64,000 nt of DNA. Source: Calditrichia bacterium (GTDB lineage Bacteria; Calditrichota; Calditrichia; RBG-13-44-9; J075). The notes below the pieces were generated by a model. The model searched no databases. It worked only from the letters and a program-made list of their open reading frames with translations, and was not told the origin of the DNA. The stretch lies in NCBI GenBank assembly GCA_050633245.1, contig JBOEGD010000015.1, positions 21,681 through 85,680 of the forward strand, written 5' to 3'. This document shows, piece by piece, positions 50,754 through 61,013 of this stretch. The stretch's first letter is position 1, and each line of letters opens with the position of its first letter. The translations under genes were made by a program, and so were the position numbers.

Positions 50754-52472
50754 TTACTCTTGACCCAGAATACATAAAGGGGCATTGTGCGTCAACCAAG
50801 TCCAAACTATCCTTGTGTCCTCAATGATAAACCGCGGCTCACCTGTAAAAAAGACGAGCTCAAGAATAGACTTTTCAGTCACCGGATCAAGATCAGAATC
50901 CTTGCTGGTAAACATAATCTGTTCCACTCCACTATGTCCTAAATGATCTAGTCCGAAGTAGTGTCCCAGCTCATGGATCAACACCCAACGAAACATATAG
51001 ACTGGTTGTCTGTCTTTAAAAGTTACACCACTTTCCTGAACAGATACCGGTGGCCGCCACCACGATGCGTTGCCATTAAATGCATTATCGGAATATTTAA
51101 ATATTGCAATAACCGGTGGCTTACATAAGTCATCACCATTAGCATTTCGACCTATTCTTTGAAAAAGGCGAGTTTGATTCAATCGATCGACTGGGATTTC
51201 GTCACTAAACCTAACCCGATACGCCTCGATCGGAACATTTTCAAGCCGTAAGCCCAATGTTCGCGCCTTACGTTGAGCCAACTTGTAGTATCGGTTGAAC
51301 ACTTGTTTGCTTATTGCAAAAATTTCGAATTCGGCAACCGACTCCCGGCCATAACTCAGATATGCATCAAGATCTCTCCAGGTTACCCGAACATTCGTGC
51401 CGCGGTAAACCACTTCTGTTGCAGGATGATTCAGTATTCCATTACCACAGCCTGTTGTGTATCCTGCCGCCTGGAAAAGGTTCAGAATTTTCTCCTGATG
51501 TAGCGCTCGCAGATCAATATTGTCCTGACGGGAGTTGATACTCATTCGCATAAGGTTCGGTGCTATTGACAAGCCCAATCTGGTACTTCCAAGTTGAATG
51601 TTTTCGCGTGCCATCTCACGTAAGTTTTCATCTTTAAAGGTCTGGGATATTGCAGCTTCAATGATTGCCTCAATTTGATCTAACTCTAGAATATCTCGCG
51701 CGCTACCAAGGAAACCGCCGCCAATTCTTTGACCTGTGATAGAAATTGTACGCGCAATTGCTCCAACAGCACTGCTTCCTGCCTTGATAAGCCCACAAGG
51801 ATCCAGACGCAAAACACCCAAAACCAGATTCTGAAGTATTTCTATCACGTTTCGTGTAAGATCCACCAGGCCTTCGAAAACATTGAACACCCATTTGATG
51901 AGTGATGCCACAAAGAGGCCGATTATTCCAAAGCTTGATCCGAGATCTACAAAAAACTCTTCAGTAATATCAAGTAATTCAGAAACGGCGTCAACGATTT
52001 CGACAGCGAGATCAAGGACATCTTCTATCACATCGGTTGCGATAAACCACAAGTCCGTAATGGACTTTAATGCACTTAGGGGGTCAGTTGGAAGGCAAAT
52101 GATAAAATCTACCACCCATTTTGAAACGCGTACGATCGTCATTACAACAATACGCACAACTTCAATTACAATACGACAGACAAGTTCGACGAGCCATTCA
52201 CCAACAACCTGAATGACCCACTCAACGATTTTGGTAACCAAAACTGCCAGCCAGCAAAACCACTTGTTGCAACATGCACACCACCATTTACACTTCCTCC
52301 GTTTGCAGTTTCGTTCAAGACGCACACGCCACCTCTCTATTGGCCGACGTATCCTGCGTTCAACCCAACGCCGTGCTTCACTGCAGGCTTCGCGAGCTCG
52401 CTCAAAAGATCTGGCCACGGGAACTACTACATTTTCAGATACCCATTTTCCTACTTCCCTGCACACAGACAT
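50754..52472 (-). CDS. Hypothetical protein: Cys/Trp/Arg-rich N-terminus, long amphipathic helices, C-terminal metzincin-like motif
   Basis: CKRRKCKWWCACCNKWFCW; HELGHYFGLDH followed by EQIMF (Met-turn-like); AGGAGG RBS. Confidence 0.75.
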   Translation of the reverse strand: MSVCREVGKWVSENVVVPVARSFERAREACSEARRWVERRIRRPIERWRVRLERNCKRRKCKWWCACCNKWFCWLAVLVTKIVEWVIQVVGEWLVELVCRIVIEVVRIVVMTIVRVSKWVVDFIICLPTDPLSALKSITDLWFIATDVIEDVLDLAVEIVDAVSELLDITEEFFVDLGSSFGIIGLFVASLIKWVFNVFEGLVDLTRNVIEILQNLVLGVLRLDPCGLIKAGSSAVGAIARTISITGQRIGGGFLGSARDILELDQIEAIIEAAISQTFKDENLREMARENIQLGSTRLGLSIAPNLMRMSINSRQDNIDLRALHQEKILNLFQAAGYTTGCGNGILNHPATEVVYRGTNVRVTWRDLDAYLSYGRESVAEFEIFAISKQVFNRYYKLAQRKARTLGLRLENVPIEAYRVRFSDEIPVDRLNQTRLFQRIGRNANGDDLCKPPVIAIFKYSDNAFNGNASWWRPPVSVQESGVTFKDRQPVYMFRWVLIHELGHYFGLDHLGHSGVEQIMFTSKDSDLDPVTEKSILELVFFTGEPRFIIEDTRIVWTWLTHNAPLCILGQE

Positions 52473-52487
52473 TTCAAAGCCTCCTTT

Positions 52488-52937
52488 TTAGTTATTTTCT
52501 GATTCAAATAGCAGCGATAAATGATTCAGATCGCGCCTGATACCCAGTCGGGCAATGGATTTACCAATCATCTTACCTAATAGTGCTGAAGTAGTAACAA
52601 CCAAGGCACCAACTGAAATGAATAGCGAAAGAGAAAAATATCCTTTTTCCAGAACAAATAGCAGGTAAGCAACCAGGAAGATCAGTGTGAATATTGATCC
52701 GGTTTGACAGCCGCAATCTCGCAGGTTGTTGTTAAATTGACCTGTCCACCGGCGTACTTCTGTCGGATTTATTTGTGGATGTTTAATTCGAATCTCATCA
52801 ACATTAAGCCTCCGAACCAAACTTATCTGATCTTGCAATTCCTGAATATCTGTCAGCGATGAAAGAAGCACGGTTTTGTGTTCATGATCGCCATTCGGTT
52901 GATGTGTGGAAGCATCCAGAACATCTTTCTGATACAT
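52488..52937 (-). CDS. Two-TM hypothetical membrane protein with CGC motif
   Basis: DCGCQTG followed by two hydrophobic helices; AAGGAG RBS. Confidence 0.7.
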   Translation of the reverse strand: MYQKDVLDASTHQPNGDHEHKTVLLSSLTDIQELQDQISLVRRLNVDEIRIKHPQINPTEVRRWTGQFNNNLRDCGCQTGSIFTLIFLVAYLLFVLEKGYFSLSLFISVGALVVTTSALLGKMIGKSIARLGIRRDLNHLSLLFESENN

Positions 52938-52955
52938 TTTAATCTCCTTTGTAAA

Positions 52956-52985
52956 GCTACCGGCCGAATATCCTCGGCCGGTAGC
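52956..52985. terminator. Intra-operon GC-rich hairpin
   Basis: GCTACCGGCCGA-6 nt-TCGGCCGGTAGC. Confidence 0.55.
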
Positions 52986-52994
52986 AAACTTCGA

Positions 52995-53540
52995 TCACGG
53001 AAAGTTAATTGTGACGGTCGGAGAGGTTACAATGTGCCCGTGAAAATTCTCGACAGTAACCCACATCTGATAGCGAATGCGATCGAAACTGCCAAGCCCA
53101 GCATCTAAATCCATTTTATGAGTGATTCTTCGTATTGTTGGCACCTGATCACCAACACCTGCCCCGGTATTATTTTCTTTAAAAGGCCGCCCTACTAGTC
53201 CGGGTCCCTGAACCACACCGGTTTTGAATTTGGTAACGCTTCTCCAAAGCTCGATTTTTTTCACCCCACCGTCTTTATCGGTACCACCGACCAGAATGTT
53301 TGCAAAGTCAGCATTTGTGGATAGTGTTGCGGCCTGAGATGCCTGAGTTAGGTCGATAGCAGCATCATTAGGATCATCTGTCGTAACAATGAACCGTAAT
53401 GTTGGGGGCGTCGAATCGCTTGCCGGGACCGTAACCTTGGCAGACTCACTACTACACTTACTTCCCTGTAGAATCAAAAAGGACATTAGGCCTAACAGCA
53501 CTACCAGCATTCTGAGTAGGAATTTCATATTGCTCTCCAT
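52995..53540 (-). CDS. Hypothetical exported (lipo)protein, Ig-like
   Basis: Signal peptide ending QGSKC; DSTPP...D.DGGVK...ENFHG beta-sandwich pattern. Confidence 0.7.
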   Translation of the reverse strand: MESNMKFLLRMLVVLLGLMSFLILQGSKCSSESAKVTVPASDSTPPTLRFIVTTDDPNDAAIDLTQASQAATLSTNADFANILVGGTDKDGGVKKIELWRSVTKFKTGVVQGPGLVGRPFKENNTGAGVGDQVPTIRRITHKMDLDAGLGSFDRIRYQMWVTVENFHGHIVTSPTVTINFP

Positions 53541-53577
53541 TAATCATAGATTTTCAAGCTTACTTAGCCTGTAGAAT

Positions 53578-55035
53578 TCACTTTTTTAGATAACTGTCTG
53601 CAACCTTTTTTAGTTGCCGACATAGATCAGCCTGTTTAGAGATCACCTCCAATGCTTCGGGAACTGCTTTCGAAAAACACTCATCAACAAAATCAAGGTC
53701 CACAACATCTTCCGGACAGCTCGCTTTCAGGTTCCGTTCAAGAACCGGTTTTATTGCGCTTGCCAAAACAAGATCCTCAAGCGGCAATGGAATGCGCAAT
53801 TCCTGTTTTGGTCCCGGATCTGGATGGATAAGTTTAAAGTCTGCAAACATCTTGGGTGGTAAAATATCCAGGATCCATTGACGAATAAGACACTGGGGTG
53901 CAAATTGCCCGATGGCATCCTTAGCCAATCCACCGAAAAACCAGGGAGTAAGAATTTTGGGATCGAGCATCACTAAAGGATCTCTCCATGAAGCAAAAAC
54001 AACGATTCCATTACGCATTGACGATTGTTTCGATTTTGGAGCAAGCCAGGCAGCCACATTCATAAAATATTGCTCTATTGTTGACAGATGTGTCATTCCA
54101 ACCGGCGTGGCAGCAAAACCATCAAGATTGATATCAAACCAGTGGTGCCAGGTAGAATCAGCAACAATTCGCCCCACGTCTGCACTGTGACCATTGTATA
54201 CGCTCACCAGACCAACTTCACGGCCGACATCGGCATCCGGAGCTTCGATTCTTCCCCATGCCACAACCTCTACTTTCGGCTGATATCCACTCTTCGTAGG
54301 CCATTCTGAGTTTGGGTAAGTTGTCGGAGCAATTGCCTCACCTTCATGCTGGTGGTCAGGAAAAACTCTTATCGGGCCGTTTTTTCCACACAAAATGGGG
54401 TGTGGATATTTTCGTGTACACAGGGTCGGACTCCAACGCCAAGTCGGATAGTATTTAAGGCGAACCCGCTGGGGCTCATCATCGCTCTGATCTGTGAAAT
54501 TGTAATTCGAATCCGTTCCGGATCGCAGTGTATTATTCCACTCCCCCGTTCTTGCTGCCGGAGCAGGATACATTCGCATTGTTCCAGCACGTTTTATAGA
54601 GCCGGCAATTCCTTTACCGAGGGAAGCGTGGTCACCTGTATGCAATACGCCACCACCATTGTCCATAAAATCATGTACAACGTTTAATTCATCAGCTGAT
54701 AGTAAATCTCGGGATGAAATTCCGAAAAGCCAGAGTTCATCAAACTTTTCCAAATCGATTTCATCGAGAGTTTTGTTGTCCATATCTGCCGATGGATCAG
54801 AATTTCGGTGAATGAGCGTCACCTTAAACTTTACCCACGGCCATGGATCAGATTGAAGTGCTGCAATTACCCGCTGCAATCCATCAAAACTGCCCCCGTT
54901 AAATCTGATCGATCCTTCTGCATATATTGCTATTCTGACTATTGCCGGGACTCGAAACCATGGGAAGTTTCTTAAATCAATCACTCTGTGACGTTCAATT
55001 AATCCCGGTAATAACTTCTTCCATCTTAATTCCAT
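53578..55035 (-). CDS. Hypothetical protein with a class-I GATase-like/ThuA-like fold
   Basis: FDELWLFG...FMDNGGGVLHTGDH; DQSDD.PQ, PDHQHEG, GRIVADSTWHHW; AAGGAG RBS. Confidence 0.7.
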   Translation of the reverse strand: MELRWKKLLPGLIERHRVIDLRNFPWFRVPAIVRIAIYAEGSIRFNGGSFDGLQRVIAALQSDPWPWVKFKVTLIHRNSDPSADMDNKTLDEIDLEKFDELWLFGISSRDLLSADELNVVHDFMDNGGGVLHTGDHASLGKGIAGSIKRAGTMRMYPAPAARTGEWNNTLRSGTDSNYNFTDQSDDEPQRVRLKYYPTWRWSPTLCTRKYPHPILCGKNGPIRVFPDHQHEGEAIAPTTYPNSEWPTKSGYQPKVEVVAWGRIEAPDADVGREVGLVSVYNGHSADVGRIVADSTWHHWFDINLDGFAATPVGMTHLSTIEQYFMNVAAWLAPKSKQSSMRNGIVVFASWRDPLVMLDPKILTPWFFGGLAKDAIGQFAPQCLIRQWILDILPPKMFADFKLIHPDPGPKQELRIPLPLEDLVLASAIKPVLERNLKASCPEDVVDLDFVDECFSKAVPEALEVISKQADLCRQLKKVADSYLKK

Positions 55036-55088
55036 GAGACTCTCCTTACTGATTGGATAGGTAGTTAGTTGTATTTCGTCTTCTCCCT

Positions 55089-55119
55089 CTTATAGAATAA
55101 AATCTACCAGGACGGACAA
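55089..55119 (-). promoter_or_regulatory. Island promoter motif, copy B (upstream of the four-gene operon)
   Basis: Minus strand A-tract, then TTGTCCG-18 nt-TATAAG. Confidence 0.72.
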
Positions 55120-55458
55120 TTTTTTTGAAATTCACTAACGAAGAAGCCTTTATTTGCCGGATTGGCAATGGAAATTTTTTAGACGGGGTTAATAGAATTG
55201 TGTTGTTTAAATGTTTCTTTAGAACTTTCACAAATGAAGTAGAAGGAGAAGGAACTAAGAGGCAGGAACAGGTATTTATTCCGAAACAAGGGATAGATGA
55301 TTGTTGACAAGCATATTCACATCAATGAATAAATATCAACAAAAAAAGCAGTTCTATTGTTAAAGTCCGGAAAAAACCATAGATTATCATAATTCTTACT
55401 CCCCTCCACGATCGCTGAACATGTTGTTTTTAATATATTTTTAGCTTTTCAAAAAAGT

Positions 55459-55489
55459 TTGTCCGAAAAAACCAAAATTCTTCTATAAC
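55459..55489 (+). promoter_or_regulatory. Island promoter motif, copy C (upstream of 55828/CHAT)
   Basis: TTGTCCG-18 nt-TATAAC; a degenerate copy AAGTCCG-18 nt-CATAAT lies at 55363-55393. Confidence 0.7.
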
Positions 55490-55827
55490 TGATTGAATTC
55501 ATAGTCTGCACCGTCATTATCACAGGCTTTTGAAATTATTATACAGGATGTCAGGGATTTTTTTTGAGCAGATTTTGTGGGGATATCAGTCGTATTCACC
55601 GCTGTCTAATTTTTCCAATTCCTTCAATTAGGGATAGGGATTAGATTTACGACTATATTTTCTTATAGACTTGGCTTAAAGTTGAGGCAATTTTTATTTA
55701 TTATATTGTCACCGCTCAGCCAGAATTCTACTTAGCGTAGATAGTGCTCCCCCCTGCTTCCAAAATTTCAATGCCTTAAGCAGTTTGTGATTGATGACTT
55801 ACTCAATCATATGGAGGAAAGAAAGCA

Positions 55828-57243
55828 ATGAAAGAACTATTCAATCGGCTATTCAAGCCAATTCCAATTATTCTTATACTTATTATCGTCGTTATTGTCT
55901 GGTACTGTAACTACGATTGTTGCTTACCGAAAAAATGTGCCCTCGACGTAAATACAATTACCATAAGCGACACGATATCGGTAAGTAATGTTGTGGATTC
56001 AACATTCTTCGGAGAGTTTATACTAAACGCAACCCTTCCAGCTCAAATCTGCAACAGAAAGTTGCCGCTCAATATACACTTAAAAAATACATCTAATATG
56101 GATTTGTACTTTTCAGCAAACTTACTGATTGACACTCTAAAATATGTTAGTGAACCTAGTAAAATAGATTCAACCTACCCATTATTTCGAGGATTAATAA
56201 TCCCAGCCGGAAACAGTCTGATAATCGATAAAAACTATCACTTTCCTCCGGCAGTCTTATCTGAGTTCGGCAATGCCAATATACGGGTAAAAATCGGCGG
56301 CGGAGTTTGTGTGAACTTGCCGGATGGGGAACCCTGCGATATCAACTCTTGGGATCAACCCCTTCCATTTAGTTTAAATACTTCGAAAGGAGAGATTCAG
56401 GTAGCAAACGCTTCACTCATTTCAATTCCCTCTTTACCTACCGTTCCCTCGCTTCCCATTATGGTGCATGTAGAAGGAAGCACTGTTGAAACAGAAGAAG
56501 GTGAAGTGGAGACCTATTTTACTGCTCAGGCCCGAATCGCTTACAATGACCCTGAAATTATTGATGACGATCCGAAAATTGATTCTAACGGGTTGTTAAC
56601 TTTTTACCTGCAAACACATATAGACGGATCCGGAGAGGTTGAAGATGTTGATATTGGCTATAATGTTCATGTCAAGTTCCCCGGAACAACTAATTACTTA
56701 CCTTATGCGGAACATAGTGGTACGGTCACTGCATCGCAAACAGGACAAACACCCCTCACTCCGTGGAAGAAACACACTGTTAGCATTCAATTACCCAAGT
56801 ACTGGCCAAGAGATTACTATGATCTTAATATTACTGGCGGGCCTGGTCAGGAAGAGTGTGATCTACCAATATCAGAGCTAAATTATCCTTCTTCAGGCAG
56901 CCATCCAGGGCTCATCATTACTATGATACCGCAGGGCTTAAACGCAAGTGGGGGTAGGGATTATAATATTCTTTTTGTGACTCCTACCGGAGGTGTAGGT
57001 GAGGAAATCGGAGCTGAAATTTCCTATTCGAGTGAATCTTCTACGGGACAGAATATCTTATCCATCTTCTCAAACCTTGAAGATGGTTCTTACACTTACA
57101 TTTATGACCCGACAAAAACACTCCTGACCACGACAGTTCCAGGTGACCCTGATGCGTTCTGGTTATTCGTAAAAATCCGTAAAATCACATCGTCAGGAAT
57201 TGTAACAAACGAATACATGGGAGTAACTGAATTTACCCCATAA
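55828..57243 (+). CDS. Membrane-anchored extracytoplasmic hypothetical protein (beta-rich)
   Basis: GGAGG RBS; N-terminal TM followed by CNYDCC; Pro/Thr/Gly-rich beta domains. Confidence 0.75.
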   Translation: MKELFNRLFKPIPIILILIIVVIVWYCNYDCCLPKKCALDVNTITISDTISVSNVVDSTFFGEFILNATLPAQICNRKLPLNIHLKNTSNMDLYFSANLLIDTLKYVSEPSKIDSTYPLFRGLIIPAGNSLIIDKNYHFPPAVLSEFGNANIRVKIGGGVCVNLPDGEPCDINSWDQPLPFSLNTSKGEIQVANASLISIPSLPTVPSLPIMVHVEGSTVETEEGEVETYFTAQARIAYNDPEIIDDDPKIDSNGLLTFYLQTHIDGSGEVEDVDIGYNVHVKFPGTTNYLPYAEHSGTVTASQTGQTPLTPWKKHTVSIQLPKYWPRDYYDLNITGGPGQEECDLPISELNYPSSGSHPGLIITMIPQGLNASGGRDYNILFVTPTGGVGEEIGAEISYSSESSTGQNILSIFSNLEDGSYTYIYDPTKTLLTTTVPGDPDAFWLFVKIRKITSSGIVTNEYMGVTEFTP

Positions 57244-57280
57244 TTACAGTGTAGTCAAGAACCGACAAGAGACAGGATCT

Positions 57281-60151
57281 ATGATTTACAAGGCAATGCC
57301 GTTTGCTTCAAAAGCTTCTCTTCAGATTCGTATAGTATTTGTTATCGCCATGAGTCTGTTGGGAAGCTATTGTCTTTTTGCACAAGCTGCCCGAAGCGAG
57401 GACAACAAAAGCAGTTTTCTGACTGCCGATTCTCTCTGCAAAGCCGGGCTAATAAACTATTGGCAGAATCGCTATCCAAAAGCTATTTTGAATTTTCAAA
57501 AATCCATAGATATTGTTCTTCATGAAGCGGGCGCGGCAAATCTCGATGAACTAAATACGCTTGTCATTCAAAAGCTTTCTCTGGAAAATCAGGTCTTGCT
57601 GCATACCTCCTTGAATCGCCTGGGCGTTGTGCAACGAGTAAAGGGAAACACATTTTCCGCCATCGATATTCACCTAAAAGCAAGTAGATTTGCAGCTATC
57701 CTGCCTCCGCCCGACAGCAAGGAATTGGCAGCAAAAATAAATTCCAACTTAAGCCTGGACTACCTCCGCAATGGAGAGTTGCAGCTTGCCAAATACCATG
57801 GGGACCTTGCTCTCCAGAATTGGAAGGAACTGCAGAATCAATATCCGGGCATAGTACCAGCAACAAAAAAACGAATCAGTCAGGTATACAATAACAACGG
57901 TCTCATTTTAAGTCAATCCAACTTTTGGCGAGACGCCTTGGGTGCCTTCGGCAAGTCGCTTTCCATAAAGGCTGAATTGCCTAAACAAGGCGGCGCCAGA
58001 GGAAGGGCTATCAATTTCAATAATATCGGAGAGGTGTATTTTAAGATGGGCGTTTGCGATTCGGCTCTTTTTTGGTTCCGGAAGGCAAACAGCATTCGTG
58101 AAACGAACGGGATTTCAAATCATCTCGAATACGCCCTTACCCAGATAAACATTGGACGAGGATTAGCATGTGAAGGTAATTATCATGACGCTCGCTTCAT
58201 GTTTGCCAGTAGTCTGCAACAGATGGAATCTCTGTTGGGAGATCGACATCCTGAATTGGCCCGGGCTCTTCAGAATCTCGCAGCAACCTTCAGTGAACAT
58301 GGACGGCCGGTGCAGGCACTTAAAATTCTGAAAAAAGCGAAAATGACACTAAGCTATCACGTCCCCGGTAGAGCGCTACCCATAGCTTTAAGCAGCAAAG
58401 GGGTCTCCAGTGCTATGCCGCAATGGATTGTCCCGCTAATTTCAAAAACAGACATGGTTTCTATTTTCCGTCAGGAAGCAGCTGTAAACGAACAAATTGC
58501 CGCTATCCCCCAAACCACGCGTAAAAATCAAGTTCGCCTCCTGAAGGGTATACTTGCGAAATGTGATTCAGCGAATCAGATATTAGACGTACTGAGAGAC
58601 GACTACATTACAGCTGAAGATCAAAGACGCGTTGGTTTGGAAGGAAAACAGCTCATAAATATTGGGTTAAGATCTGCTTACAAACTCTTCCAATTGCTGG
58701 GTAATAATGCTTATATGTCTATTGCTTTTGAACTGATGGAAAAATCCAAAGCGAACACCATACTCAAAGCAATAAGAGAAAGTGGTGCCAGAAACTATGG
58801 AGATATTTCAAAGGCACTAACCGAAGAAGAAACGGCCATTAAAGTAGACTTGGCCTATTACCGCAATCGCCTTTTCGATATTACCCGCTACCAGAAAAGT
58901 GCCCCTGATACGCTGCAACAGGAAGAAATGGAATGTAGGAGCGCAATAGTAAAAGGTTTTCAGGCATATGGTAATGTTAAAAACAAAATCAAAACGTCGC
59001 ATCAAAACTACTTCGACCTAAAATACAATCTTTCACGAGTAAGTTTAGACACCTTACAGCAAGTACTGGTCGATAAAAAAATCAATCTGGTAAACTACTT
59101 TTGGGGAGATGAACATCTTTTCGTTTTTCTGGTAAATGCTCAGGGTAGACATTTTTTTCAACTGCCTTTGCCAACTACTGAAGCAATTTTAAACTTCAGA
59201 AAAAGCATAATTTTTGCGGATAACGATTACCTACCGATTGGCTCACAGCTATTTGACAAGCTGTTAAAACCTGTATTGCCATATTTTGTAGGCAATCAAC
59301 TGCTTATTATCCCGGACGGCCTACTCCACTTACTACCCTTCGAGGCATTAATAGAAAATACCAGTGCGCAATCCGAAGATCGTAATCAACTCACTTTTGT
59401 TATAGAGAAGTATGTGATTGGTTATAATTACTCAGCAACTCTTTTCGTAGAACAGCTCGAAAAAAATCGTGTTTACACCGATAGATCTTTTTTAGGAATC
59501 GCGCCGGTCTTGTTTCACAATAATCGTCAATTACAGCTAACGAGCTTTGCACCGCAAGCAAGCCTTCCTGACTTACCACATTCAAAGCAAGAAGTTATGG
59601 CGATTGCGAATATTTTTAACGAATTCGGCCTTCAAAATACAACTCTGATCGAAGAGGAGGCTTCGAAAACAAAATTCTTATCCGAGGCAATTCGCCATAA
59701 CATTGTTCACATTGCCTCACACGTGATCCTAAACGCCCCGGAATCTCAATTCTCACGGATGTTTTTGTGGAAAGAGAATGACCTATCAACGACGCAAGAC
59801 AATGGCTATCTAAGCCTGCGGGATATTTTTAATCTTCGCTTAAATGCTGATTTGGCTGTGCTGAACGGTTGCGATAGCGGTTTGGGAGATAACATTGATG
59901 GTGAGGGAGTAATTGGTTTTGGTCGAGGGTTGTTTTATGCCGGTTCAAATAATCTGTTATTAACACTTTGGAAGATAGACGATCAAGCTTCCGCTGTCCT
60001 GACAACAAAATTTTATTCTGAGGTTCTCAATAATAACAAACCGTATCCTCTTGCCTTGCAAACGGCCAAACTATTTCTTTTAAGAGGTGAAGGTTATTCT
60101 CATCCTCGCTTCTGGGCTTCAACTATCTTCCTGGGCAACAACTTCTACTAA
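57281..60151 (+). CDS. Exported TPR-CHAT (caspase-like, clan CD) protease
   Basis: Signal-like N-terminus; TPRs (YNNNG, FNNIGEVY, LGDRHPELA); IIPDGLL..LPFEAL; His in HIASH; Cys in LNGCDSG; GEG..G, LWKIDD, HPRFWA. Confidence 0.9.
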   Translation: MIYKAMPFASKASLQIRIVFVIAMSLLGSYCLFAQAARSEDNKSSFLTADSLCKAGLINYWQNRYPKAILNFQKSIDIVLHEAGAANLDELNTLVIQKLSLENQVLLHTSLNRLGVVQRVKGNTFSAIDIHLKASRFAAILPPPDSKELAAKINSNLSLDYLRNGELQLAKYHGDLALQNWKELQNQYPGIVPATKKRISQVYNNNGLILSQSNFWRDALGAFGKSLSIKAELPKQGGARGRAINFNNIGEVYFKMGVCDSALFWFRKANSIRETNGISNHLEYALTQINIGRGLACEGNYHDARFMFASSLQQMESLLGDRHPELARALQNLAATFSEHGRPVQALKILKKAKMTLSYHVPGRALPIALSSKGVSSAMPQWIVPLISKTDMVSIFRQEAAVNEQIAAIPQTTRKNQVRLLKGILAKCDSANQILDVLRDDYITAEDQRRVGLEGKQLINIGLRSAYKLFQLLGNNAYMSIAFELMEKSKANTILKAIRESGARNYGDISKALTEEETAIKVDLAYYRNRLFDITRYQKSAPDTLQQEEMECRSAIVKGFQAYGNVKNKIKTSHQNYFDLKYNLSRVSLDTLQQVLVDKKINLVNYFWGDEHLFVFLVNAQGRHFFQLPLPTTEAILNFRKSIIFADNDYLPIGSQLFDKLLKPVLPYFVGNQLLIIPDGLLHLLPFEALIENTSAQSEDRNQLTFVIEKYVIGYNYSATLFVEQLEKNRVYTDRSFLGIAPVLFHNNRQLQLTSFAPQASLPDLPHSKQEVMAIANIFNEFGLQNTTLIEEEASKTKFLSEAIRHNIVHIASHVILNAPESQFSRMFLWKENDLSTTQDNGYLSLRDIFNLRLNADLAVLNGCDSGLGDNIDGEGVIGFGRGLFYAGSNNLLLTLWKIDDQASAVLTTKFYSEVLNNNKPYPLALQTAKLFLLRGEGYSHPRFWASTIFLGNNFY

Positions 60152-60921
60152 TCCGAAATAATGTAAATGCGTCGTTGCAAAAGAAGATTTTCATTGTTGC
60201 GAATACCCCAGTAGTACAATCCACTTCCCTGCTCTACCGAAATTGTAACTTCACTTATACCAACAGCAACCGGACTCTGAATAAGTTTTTGGTTTTGATT
60301 ATCCTTAACAACCAGCTCAACCGGTTCATCAAAAGGAGGCCATGTAAAGGTGATTTCTTTTTCAAACTGAAGTGATAAGTCTTTTGGAATGTACTTTTGA
60401 GGATTAGTCAATATGGAGCTACGAGTTGTAGCGTTCACAAGCTTATCCAACATAGCATAATCTTTGAATGAGGAATTTAGTATGGTTATGCCTTCACTCT
60501 CGGCATAGGCGAATAGGCTTTTATCCTTTGTAGCAATATCTTCTGCTTTATATTTTTCTGCCAGTGCAATAAGCTCATTCGATGCCGGAGGGATTCCGAA
60601 ACGCCAAACACAAAAAATCAGCGTAAACAATAGCATTCCATTTCTCAATAGAACTCGCGTATCGTACGATTTCTTATTCCCCGAAATCATATTGTCAGAG
60701 ATTGAAGTTCGAGATGCACATCGAGGGCACTTTTCGACATGAGCCCTCATTTGTTTTAAGCGCCCTCTCTCGGCCTCAGGTAAGGTCTCTGGATTTTGCA
60801 TAGAATGCTCAACCCAAAATTTCACATCAAGGTCAGACAAATGGAGTCCAATGCCGATCGCCGAGTAATATGATGGATTCTCAGGCTTATTTTCCTTTTT
60901 ATTTGGCATATTAGCTCTCAA
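60148..60921 (-). CDS. zf-HC2 (ZAS) membrane anti-sigma-like protein
   Basis: HVEKCPRC (HxxxCxxC), single TM, extracytoplasmic TRS...FTW...GLYYW domain; directly downstream of the sigma-like gene. Confidence 0.7.
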   Translation of the reverse strand: MRANMPNKKENKPENPSYYSAIGIGLHLSDLDVKFWVEHSMQNPETLPEAERGRLKQMRAHVEKCPRCASRTSISDNMISGNKKSYDTRVLLRNGMLLFTLIFCVWRFGIPPASNELIALAEKYKAEDIATKDKSLFAYAESEGITILNSSFKDYAMLDKLVNATTRSSILTNPQKYIPKDLSLQFEKEITFTWPPFDEPVELVVKDNQNQKLIQSPVAVGISEVTISVEQGSGLYYWGIRNNENLLLQRRIYIISD

Positions 60922-61013
60922 TTTAATGCACTTTGGGTTGAATAATTGCTTCAGACCAGGTTAAAGTCTATTACTATTTTTCGCAAAATTAAGCAAAACA
61001 ATACTCTAAAAAA

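Noticed and set aside
47970-55035. RiPP (cyanobactin/lanthipeptide) cluster around the S8 protease
   Set aside because: No YcaO, LanM/B/C, radical SAM, transporter or precursor peptide is visible.
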